The notes beneath the pieces were generated by a model, which worked only from the letters and a program-made list of their open reading frames with translations, was not told the origin of the DNA and did no database searches. Shown here in pieces: positions 19,473 to 27,757 of a DNA stretch of 64,000 bases. Both the position numbers and the translations under genes were made by a program. Position 1 is the stretch's first letter. Every line of letters begins with the position of its first letter. The stretch is from positions 60,813-124,812 of the forward strand of contig JAZDNF010000009.1 of NCBI GenBank assembly GCA_043800255.1. The letters run 5' to 3'. The stretch comes from Candidatus Altiarchaeota archaeon. Its GTDB lineage: Archaea; Altiarchaeota; Altiarchaeia; IMC4; SCGC-AAA252-I15.

Positions 19473-22151
19473 ATGGCGGATAAAAAGGGATGGCATTGTC
19501 TCAACGTAAAAGACGTTCTAAGCGGGTTGAACGCATCCGAGCAGGGTCTAAGTTCTGAGGAAGCTGCCGAGCGCCTCAGAGCATACGGGCTGAACGAGAT
19601 AACGGCTGAGAAGCGCGAAACCGCATTGAGCATATTCCTCGCGCAGTTCAAGAATTTCCTGATAATAATACTGGCGATAGCAGCGCTGGTGTCGGGGGCC
19701 ATAGGATACCTGCAAGGCAGCTCCGAGGAAATCCTGGAGGCCGCGGCGATAGCGGCAGTCATAGTATTCATAGCAGCCATAGGGTTCGTGCAGGAGTACA
19801 GGGCTGCGAAGGAGCTGGAAGCCCTCAGGAAGATGGTGTCGCCGACTGCCATGACCATCAGGGACGGCAGAAAAGTGAAGGTTGACGCGAGAACGCTCGT
19901 CCCTGGAGACATCATAATATTGGAGTCAGGAGACAAGGTTCCCGCAGACGCAAGGCTTCTGAGAGTGGTCGACCTGAAGGTTGACGAGGCCGCCCTGACC
20001 GGAGAGTCAACACCCGTGATGAAGAAAGTAGACGAAGTGGGTGCTGAAACATCGCTCGCAGACAGGCAGAACATGCTCTACCTCGGGACGAACGTGACGT
20101 ACGGCAAAGCCCAAGCCGTCGTCGTCGCAACCGGGAAGTCAACGGAATTCGGCAGGATAGCTGAGAGCATCCAGGTCATGGAGAAGGAGCAGACTCCGCT
20201 GCAGATGAGACTAGACCGTGTTGGAAAACAGATTGGCGCCATAGTTATCGCCCTGTCTGTGATAATGTTCGTTGCCGGCATAATGTTCGACATCGGGAAG
20301 CCGGTGGAGATATTCCTAGCAGCCGTCGCCTTGGCCGTCGCTGCAGTGCCTGAGGGACTGCCTGCTGTGGTGACGGTCACGCTTGCCAGGGGGATGAGGC
20401 AGATGGTGAAGAAGAACGCGATAGTGAAAAAGCTGACAGCGGTGGAAACGCTCGGCAGCACAACTGTAATATGCTCCGACAAGACTGGAACGCTGACAAA
20501 GAACGAGATGACCGTCAGGAGAGTCTACGTTAACGGCAGGTTCCTGGAGGTTACAGGAGCAGGATACGCCCCAGAAGGGGAATTCAAGGATGATGGAAGG
20601 GAGTATACGGCCGACGGCACCCTCATGATTCTACTGCAGGCAGGCGCCCTCTGCAACGACTCAACGCTGGCAGAGTCGGAAGATGGTTACGCCATAACCG
20701 GGGACCCGACGGAGGCAAGCCTCGTCGTGCTGGCGTCGAAGGCAGGATTGAACCAGGACGAGCTGAACAGGAAGTGTCCGAGAGTCAGGGAGGTCCCATT
20801 CAGCTCAGAGCGCAAGAGGATGACCACAGTCCACAGGATGGAGGACGGCAGGCTCGTTGCCTATGTAAAGGGGGCTGCTGACGTCATACTCCCATTGTGC
20901 GATAAGATTATGATTGACGGGAAAGAGTCGAATATCGATGAAAAGAGTAGGGCAAAGATTCTGGAGCAGAACGACAGGATGGCTGCCGAAGCCCTGAGAG
21001 TGCTGGGCCTGGCCTACAAGAGAGCGAATGATAGCGAGACCGATGACAGCCTCGAAAAGGGCCTTATCTTCCTGGGGATGGTGGGGATGATAGACCCGCC
21101 GAGAGAGGACGCGATAATGTCGGTCAAGGAGTGCAAGGATGCCGGCATAAGGGCGATCATGATAACAGGCGACCACAAGCTGACTGCGGTGGCAATCGCC
21201 AGGGAGATGGGCATCATGAGAGAAGGCGAGGATGTCCTCACAGGCCTTGAGCTTGACAGGCTGTCGGACGATGAACTGGATAGCAGAGTGGAACATACTT
21301 CAGTCTACGCTAGGGTCTCACCCGAACATAAGATAAGAATCGTCAACGCGTTCAAAAGTAAGAACCACATAGTCGCGATGACAGGCGACGGCGTCAACGA
21401 CGCCCCAGCCCTGAAGAGGTCTGACATAGGGATCGCGATGGGCATAACAGGGACGGACGTCACTAAGGAGGCTTCGGACATGGTCCTCACAGACGACAAC
21501 TTCACGAGCATAGTCTCAGCCGTGAGGGAGGGCAGGGGGATATACGACAACATAAAGCTCTTCATAAAGTACCTCCTCTCCTGCAACATTGGCGAGGTGA
21601 TAACCATATTCGTCGGCATAACGGTCTTCGCCAGGCTCCCGCTCCAGCCGCTGCAGATACTTTGGATGAACCTCCTGACGGACGTCGCCCCCGCCCTTGC
21701 ACTGGGCTTCAACCCGGCAGACCCTGACGTCATGCAGAGGAAGCCCAGAGACCCTAAGGAGACCATCATAAACAGGAAAACTGTCGGAGGGTTCATGGGA
21801 GTCGGGCTGCTCATGGCAGCCGGCACGCTGGGGATGTTCGTCAACGCAATGGAACACCACCCTGAGAAAGCCCAGAGTATCGCCTTCACCACGCTCGTCA
21901 TGTTCCAGATGTTCTACGTCCTGAGCTGCAGGTCAGAGAGGTTCACCATATTCAGGACAGGATTATTCTCGAACAGCTACCTCATACCGGCGGTCCTACT
22001 GTCGGCCATGATGCAGATTGCGGTCCTGAATCTGCCGCTGTTCCAGACGGTATTCGACACCGTCCCGCTGAGCGCCGCCGACTGGGCCGGTGCGCTGGCC
22101 GTCTCCTCGACAGCCTTTATTATACCAGAACTTCTTAAGATAAGGAGATGA
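19473..22151 (+). CDS. P2A-type cation (Ca2+-like) P-type ATPase
   Basis: TGES, AVPEGLP, DKTGTLT, MTGDGVNDAPAL, WMNLLTD. Confidence 0.95.
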   Translation: MADKKGWHCLNVKDVLSGLNASEQGLSSEEAAERLRAYGLNEITAEKRETALSIFLAQFKNFLIIILAIAALVSGAIGYLQGSSEEILEAAAIAAVIVFIAAIGFVQEYRAAKELEALRKMVSPTAMTIRDGRKVKVDARTLVPGDIIILESGDKVPADARLLRVVDLKVDEAALTGESTPVMKKVDEVGAETSLADRQNMLYLGTNVTYGKAQAVVVATGKSTEFGRIAESIQVMEKEQTPLQMRLDRVGKQIGAIVIALSVIMFVAGIMFDIGKPVEIFLAAVALAVAAVPEGLPAVVTVTLARGMRQMVKKNAIVKKLTAVETLGSTTVICSDKTGTLTKNEMTVRRVYVNGRFLEVTGAGYAPEGEFKDDGREYTADGTLMILLQAGALCNDSTLAESEDGYAITGDPTEASLVVLASKAGLNQDELNRKCPRVREVPFSSERKRMTTVHRMEDGRLVAYVKGAADVILPLCDKIMIDGKESNIDEKSRAKILEQNDRMAAEALRVLGLAYKRANDSETDDSLEKGLIFLGMVGMIDPPREDAIMSVKECKDAGIRAIMITGDHKLTAVAIAREMGIMREGEDVLTGLELDRLSDDELDSRVEHTSVYARVSPEHKIRIVNAFKSKNHIVAMTGDGVNDAPALKRSDIGIAMGITGTDVTKEASDMVLTDDNFTSIVSAVREGRGIYDNIKLFIKYLLSCNIGEVITIFVGITVFARLPLQPLQILWMNLLTDVAPALALGFNPADPDVMQRKPRDPKETIINRKTVGGFMGVGLLMAAGTLGMFVNAMEHHPEKAQSIAFTTLVMFQMFYVLSCRSERFTIFRTGLFSNSYLIPAVLLSAMMQIAVLNLPLFQTVFDTVPLSAADWAGALAVSSTAFIIPELLKIRR

Positions 22152-22759
22152 TTGCCGTAGGAGTGCTGGACGTGCAGGGTGACGTCAGCGAGCATTTAGA
22201 CTCTTTGGAAGCTGCCCTGAAGGAGTTAAAAGTAAAAGGCAACGTCAGAAGGGTTAAGAGGGCTTCGGATTTCAAAGGCCTGCACGCGCTTGTCATACCA
22301 GGCGGCGAGAGCACAACCACGGGAAAGCTGCTGAGAGAGTACGGTCTGGACTCTGAGATAGCGAGACTGTGTGATAGGAAGGTTCCGATACTTGGGACAT
22401 GCACTGGGCTTATACTGCTGGCAAAGGAGGGAGACAACCAGTCTGGGAGGACATGCTCGCCTCGTCTAGGGCTGATGGACATCAAGGTCAGGAGGAACGC
22501 CTTCGGAAGGCAGAGAGAGAGCTTCGAATCTTACATCAGGATACCTGCTCTGGGGAAAAAACCATACCGGTGCGTCTTCATAAGGGCTCCTGTGATAGAG
22601 GAAGCCGGCAGGCAGGTTAAGGTAATGGCAGAATACGAAGGCAAGCCTGTGATGGCGCGCCAGGACAACCTTCTCGCGGTTGCCTTCCATCCCGAGCTCA
22701 CAGAGGACACCAGGGTACACGCTTACTTTCTGAGGATGATAGGCGATGGCAGACCTTAG
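22148..22759 (+). CDS. pdxT: PLP synthase glutaminase subunit
   Basis: QGDVSEH, IPGGESTT, GTCTGLI, RNAFGRQRESFE, FIRAP, FHPEL. Confidence 0.95.
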   Translation: MIAVGVLDVQGDVSEHLDSLEAALKELKVKGNVRRVKRASDFKGLHALVIPGGESTTTGKLLREYGLDSEIARLCDRKVPILGTCTGLILLAKEGDNQSGRTCSPRLGLMDIKVRRNAFGRQRESFESYIRIPALGKKPYRCVFIRAPVIEEAGRQVKVMAEYEGKPVMARQDNLLAVAFHPELTEDTRVHAYFLRMIGDGRP

Positions 22760-23258
22760 AGGATACGGCTTCATGAGGGGCTGGATTTACGAGGCCATCG
22801 CGATCACTGGAGGAGGACGGCACCAGGCTCCCATGGGAGTCTCAACTCCGGACTACAGGAGAGTGGTGTTGGAAGTCTACAGGACGGCCGAGACCTGCGA
22901 AAACCTGATGGACGACGGAATGCTCGTGATAGTTTTCCCCAGAAACGTGTTGGACTTCGAGAGGGCGCTCTCCGGTAGAAGGCCTAGCATGCTGAAGGAT
23001 TTCCTGAAGCTGCGGGTCGCTTCGAGAAAGCGCCTGAAGGAAAAAGTGAGGTTCGAATGCGAGGTCAAGGAATCGCATCTGCGTGAGGGCCTCAGGCTTA
23101 TCAACAGGGCGGAGTCCCTTGTCCTCGAATCCCTCATAGAGGCTACGAAGCCGAGACCCAGAAGGCAGCTGATAGCCGAGAACCTGAGGCTGGTGAAAAG
23201 AGTCGCTAAGGATTCCGAATATCAAAGACTGCTCGAGAGACTGTTGAACCGACGCTAG
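22746..23258 (+). CDS. DUF447-like split-barrel protein
   Basis: IYEAIA...APMGV...TCENL, INRA..LVLESLIEAT. Confidence 0.6.
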   Translation: MADLRGYGFMRGWIYEAIAITGGGRHQAPMGVSTPDYRRVVLEVYRTAETCENLMDDGMLVIVFPRNVLDFERALSGRRPSMLKDFLKLRVASRKRLKEKVRFECEVKESHLREGLRLINRAESLVLESLIEATKPRPRRQLIAENLRLVKRVAKDSEYQRLLERLLNRR

Positions 23259-24253
23259 AACTGCATCATATTCCCGAGGGTTGAATCGAGTATGAAGCGC
23301 CCTATCAGGAACAGGGATACTGAGATTACCAGCAGGACCGGGAAATATTTTACCCCGAGCTTCTCCTCGCCTTTGAGTATCAGCCCTATCACAAGCGACC
23401 CGAAAAAAGACGAGGCCACCAGAGATATTATCGAATAGGTCCTTATGAACTCGGATGTTATCGTGATTTTGCCGACCGCTATGGGCATCGCCGCAGTCCC
23501 GCCCATCTCGGAAAACGAGGGCATGTCGGCTGCTATCATCGCCATGTTCTTAGCAAGAAGTTCGACTAGGAAGGACGACATCGAGAAGAGGAGGGGAGCC
23601 CCCAACCCGACTGCGATGAATATGAATATCACGTACATCAGGACCGATGCGCTGATCTCCTTCTGGATTATCTGCTGGTCGCGGAGGTCGTTGGCTGTCT
23701 GGTCAAGCAGGTCAGCCAGCTTGCCGCCGGATTTCAGGCTCTGGACGATGAGGTCTATGGCGCGCTGCAGGTTCTTGGACCTTATCTTCCGGTCAGTCTT
23801 CTGAAGCGATTCTGTCAAGTTCACGCCGGCCATCGTCTCCTTGCCGATGCGCCTGATCTCCTGCTCCAGGGGCCCGAATTCAGGCCTGGCCGCCAGGATC
23901 AAAGCCTTGTCGGTTGTCATGCCAGCCCGTATGTTGGACGACATCAGCTGCAGGGCGTCAGGTAAGGCTTCGTCGACGAATTTAGCCTTCGAGTCGGCTG
24001 ACAGATTAAGCCATATGTACAGCATGAACTCTACCAGGAACAGCGATATCGGAAACGCGAACTCGAAGGGGAGGACATCATAGTAGTTCAGCGCATAGGC
24101 CATCACCACACCCAGACCGATGCCGAAGAATACTGCGAAGCCGAGGAAAGTGTCCGCGTCTATGCTGAAGTTCGAGTATCTGATCTCCTGCGCCAGCCTT
24201 CTTCGTATGTTCTTCGGGAACAGTATCCCTATCGGCTTGTACGGGTCCATCAT
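23255..24253 (-). CDS. Type II secretion F / TadC-like platform protein
   Basis: LPDALQLMSSNIRAG, FGPLEQEI, LKSGGKLADLL; TM helices. Confidence 0.9.
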   Translation of the reverse strand: MMDPYKPIGILFPKNIRRRLAQEIRYSNFSIDADTFLGFAVFFGIGLGVVMAYALNYYDVLPFEFAFPISLFLVEFMLYIWLNLSADSKAKFVDEALPDALQLMSSNIRAGMTTDKALILAARPEFGPLEQEIRRIGKETMAGVNLTESLQKTDRKIRSKNLQRAIDLIVQSLKSGGKLADLLDQTANDLRDQQIIQKEISASVLMYVIFIFIAVGLGAPLLFSMSSFLVELLAKNMAMIAADMPSFSEMGGTAAMPIAVGKITITSEFIRTYSIISLVASSFFGSLVIGLILKGEEKLGVKYFPVLLVISVSLFLIGRFILDSTLGNMMQF

Positions 24254-25149
24254 GCTCCTATCAGATTAGGCCTCCTGGACCTTATGATGCCAATGAAGAT
24301 TACCTGCATCACTATTATGGCCGAAAGCAGTATCCAGAACGTCCGCTCGGAGCCGATTTCCTCCATGCCGGGGAATGACGAGAGAACGATGAGCATGGTT
24401 ATGCCGAGGGATGGCATGATGACAGCGACCATCATGTACATCATGGCCAACGGGTTCAACACGGATTTGTACTTTCTGACCTCCACGAGCTGCTCCTTCG
24501 AGAGCGACGATATGACTTCTGACAGGTTGTCGCCGACGTCGCTTCCCGATTTCATGCTGTTGACCATCTGCCAGAGCGCCCGCCTGAAGTACATCGACGG
24601 GTTCCGGATTGCCAGCTCCTCCAAAGAGGCGACCACATCCTTGCCGGCGTTGACCTTCTCGACGACTATGTGCATCTCCTTGGATATGGGGCCGTAATCG
24701 CCGTTAGCCAGGGCAACCAGGGTGTCGAAGACGGGAACGCCGCTCCTTATCTGTATCAGGATGCTGCGGAGCGCGAAAAGCAGGTTCCGCTCGATGTACT
24801 TTACCCTGCTGTTCACGATCTGCTTGGGGAAGTAGGTTATGTAGAGGTACATGACGACACCGACGACGGCTCCAATGAGGGGGCCGATGACATAGTTGGG
24901 GTTGCCGGCGGCGTGAAAGACCGCTATTATTGCGGAACTGAAGGCGATAAAGACGACTAGCGACATAAAGAATGCGACGCTGAGGTAGCCTCTCGCGTTT
25001 ATCTGGTACTCCTCAGCCACGCCCGACTGCTTGAGCAGCAGCTCCATGTAGGGGGATGTCTTCGAGAGGACGTCACCCATCCACAGGAAGATTCTCGATA
25101 TTTTCCTTATGCGGGGATTGCCTATGAAAGGTATTCTCTTGGACACCAT
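24250..25149 (-). CDS. Type II secretion F / TadC-like platform protein (second paralog)
   Basis: NLLFALRSILIQIRSGVP, DYGPISKE, MKSGSDV, LNPLAMMY. Confidence 0.88.
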   Translation of the reverse strand: MVSKRIPFIGNPRIRKISRIFLWMGDVLSKTSPYMELLLKQSGVAEEYQINARGYLSVAFFMSLVVFIAFSSAIIAVFHAAGNPNYVIGPLIGAVVGVVMYLYITYFPKQIVNSRVKYIERNLLFALRSILIQIRSGVPVFDTLVALANGDYGPISKEMHIVVEKVNAGKDVVASLEELAIRNPSMYFRRALWQMVNSMKSGSDVGDNLSEVISSLSKEQLVEVRKYKSVLNPLAMMYMMVAVIMPSLGITMLIVLSSFPGMEEIGSERTFWILLSAIIVMQVIFIGIIRSRRPNLIGA

Positions 25150-25150
25150 C

Positions 25151-26665
25151 TTAGCTCAGCAGCTTCTCAGGCTTTAAGTTCTTGTTGACGACGCTCAATA
25201 CCAGGTCTAGGTCCATGTAGTAGTTGTTCATGACCTTCCCCACATCATCCACCTGTCTGACCTTGTTGTCCACCATCCACTGGAGGACCTTCTTCTTGGT
25301 TTCGATGTCATCGCTGAGCTCCTTCTGCGTCAGGCCAGTGTGCCTTTCCAGCTCGTGGAAGAGCCTGTAAGGCTCGTCCTTCTCCTCGATTACGTCGCTG
25401 CGGGCATTCCATACGTGAATCAGATGGCTCTTGTACCTTATCTTGCCGTGAGTATTGGCTTCCTCGTCAGGGATGAACTCGCCAACCTCGAAGACCCGCC
25501 TTATGCCCCTCCGCCTGTCGCGGAACATTACAACGTTGAGGTGCACGGAATCCAGCATGCTGTGCGGGATGTCTATGGGAGGGTTAGTAAGCCGCGTTAT
25601 TGTCTGCTCGCACGTGTCAGCGTGTATCGTGGAATAGACTGAGTGGCCGGTGTGCATCGCCTCGAACAGGACTTCAGCCTCCCTCTGCTTTCTGATCTCG
25701 CCCATCACTATCCTGTCAGGCCTCATCCTGAGGGAGTTGACCAGCAGGTTCAGCATCGAGACCTCGCCCTTGCCTTCGGGGTTCGGGTCTCTTGTAGTCA
25801 GAGGGCACCAGAACAGGAACTCGGGCAGCTGAAGCTCTCGGGTGTCCTCTATGGAGATTATCCTCTGGTTGGGCTGTATGAAGGGCATGCATATGTTCAG
25901 GAAGCTCGTCTTGCCGCTGCCGGTTCCCCCGGATATTATCATGTTCATCTCGTATTGCATGACCAGCCATATGAGGGAGGTCACGTCAAGGCTCGTGGTC
26001 TTGTTCATTATGAAGTCTGGGGCGGTCCACGGGTCGCGGGAGAATTTCCTGATGGTGATGGTGTTGCCTTTGCTGGCTATGGGGCTTATTATCGCGTTAG
26101 CCCTGTCCTTTGACATCAGGTGGGCGTCAAGGAGCGGGCTCAGGGTTGTTATCTCCCTCCCGACGCGGCGGGCTATTGTATTGGCATAATTCAGTATCTT
26201 CCCCTCAGAGGCAAGAGTTATGTTGGTGGTCAGCCATCCGATCTTCTTGTGGAATACCCTCACAGGCTCCTTCGACGAGTTGACGACTATCTCCTCAAGG
26301 CGCTCGTCTGCGAGAAGGTATTCAAGCTGCTCGAGGCCGAGAAGCTCGTTCACGAGGCCCTGTATGAAATAGTCCTTCGTCTTCTCTTCTATGTTAGGAA
26401 GCTCTGCGGATATCAATGTGCTGGCATTATCCCTGAATTCCTTCTTAAGCTCGTCCATGAGCTTCGGCTCGAATATCTCGGAGGTCTTCATCTCAACGCC
26501 GGATATCAGGCGCTCCTTTATGTCGTCAAGCAACGCCGCAGTCGCAACGTCAACATGCGGGAGGACGAGGACGTATTTCTTAGTATGGTCCTCGGTGACT
26601 ATCTTTATATGCACCGGCTTGCCTTCCATGTCAACGTCGTACTCTTCTATCAGTTTCTCCGGCAT
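25151..26665 (-). CDS. Pilus assembly ATPase (TadA/CpaF/VirB11 family)
   Basis: Walker A GGTGSGKTS, SIEDTREL, RMRPDRIVMGEIR, HTGH. Confidence 0.95.
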   Translation of the reverse strand: MPEKLIEEYDVDMEGKPVHIKIVTEDHTKKYVLVLPHVDVATAALLDDIKERLISGVEMKTSEIFEPKLMDELKKEFRDNASTLISAELPNIEEKTKDYFIQGLVNELLGLEQLEYLLADERLEEIVVNSSKEPVRVFHKKIGWLTTNITLASEGKILNYANTIARRVGREITTLSPLLDAHLMSKDRANAIISPIASKGNTITIRKFSRDPWTAPDFIMNKTTSLDVTSLIWLVMQYEMNMIISGGTGSGKTSFLNICMPFIQPNQRIISIEDTRELQLPEFLFWCPLTTRDPNPEGKGEVSMLNLLVNSLRMRPDRIVMGEIRKQREAEVLFEAMHTGHSVYSTIHADTCEQTITRLTNPPIDIPHSMLDSVHLNVVMFRDRRRGIRRVFEVGEFIPDEEANTHGKIRYKSHLIHVWNARSDVIEEKDEPYRLFHELERHTGLTQKELSDDIETKKKVLQWMVDNKVRQVDDVGKVMNNYYMDLDLVLSVVNKNLKPEKLLS

Positions 26666-26669
26666 ATGC

Positions 26670-27722
26670 TCACCTGTCCTTTTTTTCAACCTTCCTGATT
26701 TCAGGCTCCCCCAGGGTCGGATAATGCAATTCCACCAGATTGTGCTCCTCAAGGATCATGGCCCACTCCTCGATCTGAGTCTTAGGAACCTTCAACTGAG
26801 TTGAAAGCTTGTCGTTAATTTTTACTACATTATCCTTATTAACGATGTCATACAGCTTGTCTATGTTGGTGGCTATCGTATCCCAGCCCGGCACGGCTCC
26901 CGCAACATTCGTGTCCTTGCCGATCAGCTTCTCTATCTTCTCCATCCGCTTCTCCTTGATGGCCTGTATCCTCGAATCCTTTATGACGTCTGATGGACCC
27001 TGGGATGGGGCACCGCTCTTTGGCAGGCCTATGGACTGCTTGTCAGGCCTGCTCTGGGGGATGCCAATGCGCAGTCTGTCTTCCTTTTCAATGGCCGACG
27101 GCCTTTCGGATTCATGGACTCGGTCTCCGGACTCCTTTTCCCTGCCCTTGGTCTCGTCAGAAGACGCCGCATGCTTGTCCAGTATCCTGTCCCGGAATCC
27201 TTCGGCGGATTTTACCTCGTCTTTCGGAATCCTCGAGCTTTTTATCTCATCCAGCCTGTCCGCCTTCCTGTCCGCAGACGGCGACTTGAAGAAGGAGATT
27301 ATTCGTGAGAAAATGCCGAGTTTAACGGGTTTCTTCTTTATGACCGTCGACTTTATCCTGACGCCGAGCTCATTCACAGGTATCTCGTTCTCAAGGAGGG
27401 ATGTCTCATTTAATTCAATAGAGCGCTTCATCTCCTCAGGGGAGAACTCGAATATGTCAAGCTTCCCGCTCGAGCCTGCCAGCTTGTCCTGTATCATTGC
27501 GAGACCCTCCTCCCTCGCCCAAGACTGGCCATCAGCCACCTTTTTTATTGAAGCCCCGATGACCTTACCCTCCTGTATCAGCAGGTCTGCCATGAAAATG
27601 TCCTCCCCAGACTTCCCCTTGAGCCTCAAGGCCCCGTTGAAAGCGGTGCTCAGTTCACCGCATATCTTGTAGAAGTTCTCGGTCTTTTCAGGCCTTACGA
27701 TGGAACCTCTGGGCAGTTTCAT
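26670..27722 (-). CDS. DUF2226-like N-domain, disordered linker and C-terminal winged helix
   Basis: MKLPRG start, GKVIGA, LDIFEFS; C-terminal IDKLYD...QIEEWAMILEEHNLVELHYP. Confidence 0.55.
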   Translation of the reverse strand: MKLPRGSIVRPEKTENFYKICGELSTAFNGALRLKGKSGEDIFMADLLIQEGKVIGASIKKVADGQSWAREEGLAMIQDKLAGSSGKLDIFEFSPEEMKRSIELNETSLLENEIPVNELGVRIKSTVIKKKPVKLGIFSRIISFFKSPSADRKADRLDEIKSSRIPKDEVKSAEGFRDRILDKHAASSDETKGREKESGDRVHESERPSAIEKEDRLRIGIPQSRPDKQSIGLPKSGAPSQGPSDVIKDSRIQAIKEKRMEKIEKLIGKDTNVAGAVPGWDTIATNIDKLYDIVNKDNVVKINDKLSTQLKVPKTQIEEWAMILEEHNLVELHYPTLGEPEIRKVEKKDR

Positions 27723-27757
27723 GTCAGTAGATATTAAAAATACGGGCTAAAAAGAGG

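Noticed and set aside
26809-27672. Long + strand ORF (287 aa), and similar antisense ORFs such as 10145-11053, 2377-3033 and 20805-21296
   Set aside because: They lie fully antisense to well-supported genes, have Ser/Leu-rich shadow composition and show no motifs
23255-27722. Possible archaellum (fla/arl) locus
   Set aside because: There are two short platform proteins rather than one FlaJ, and no archaellin, FlaH, FlaF or FlaG is recognisable
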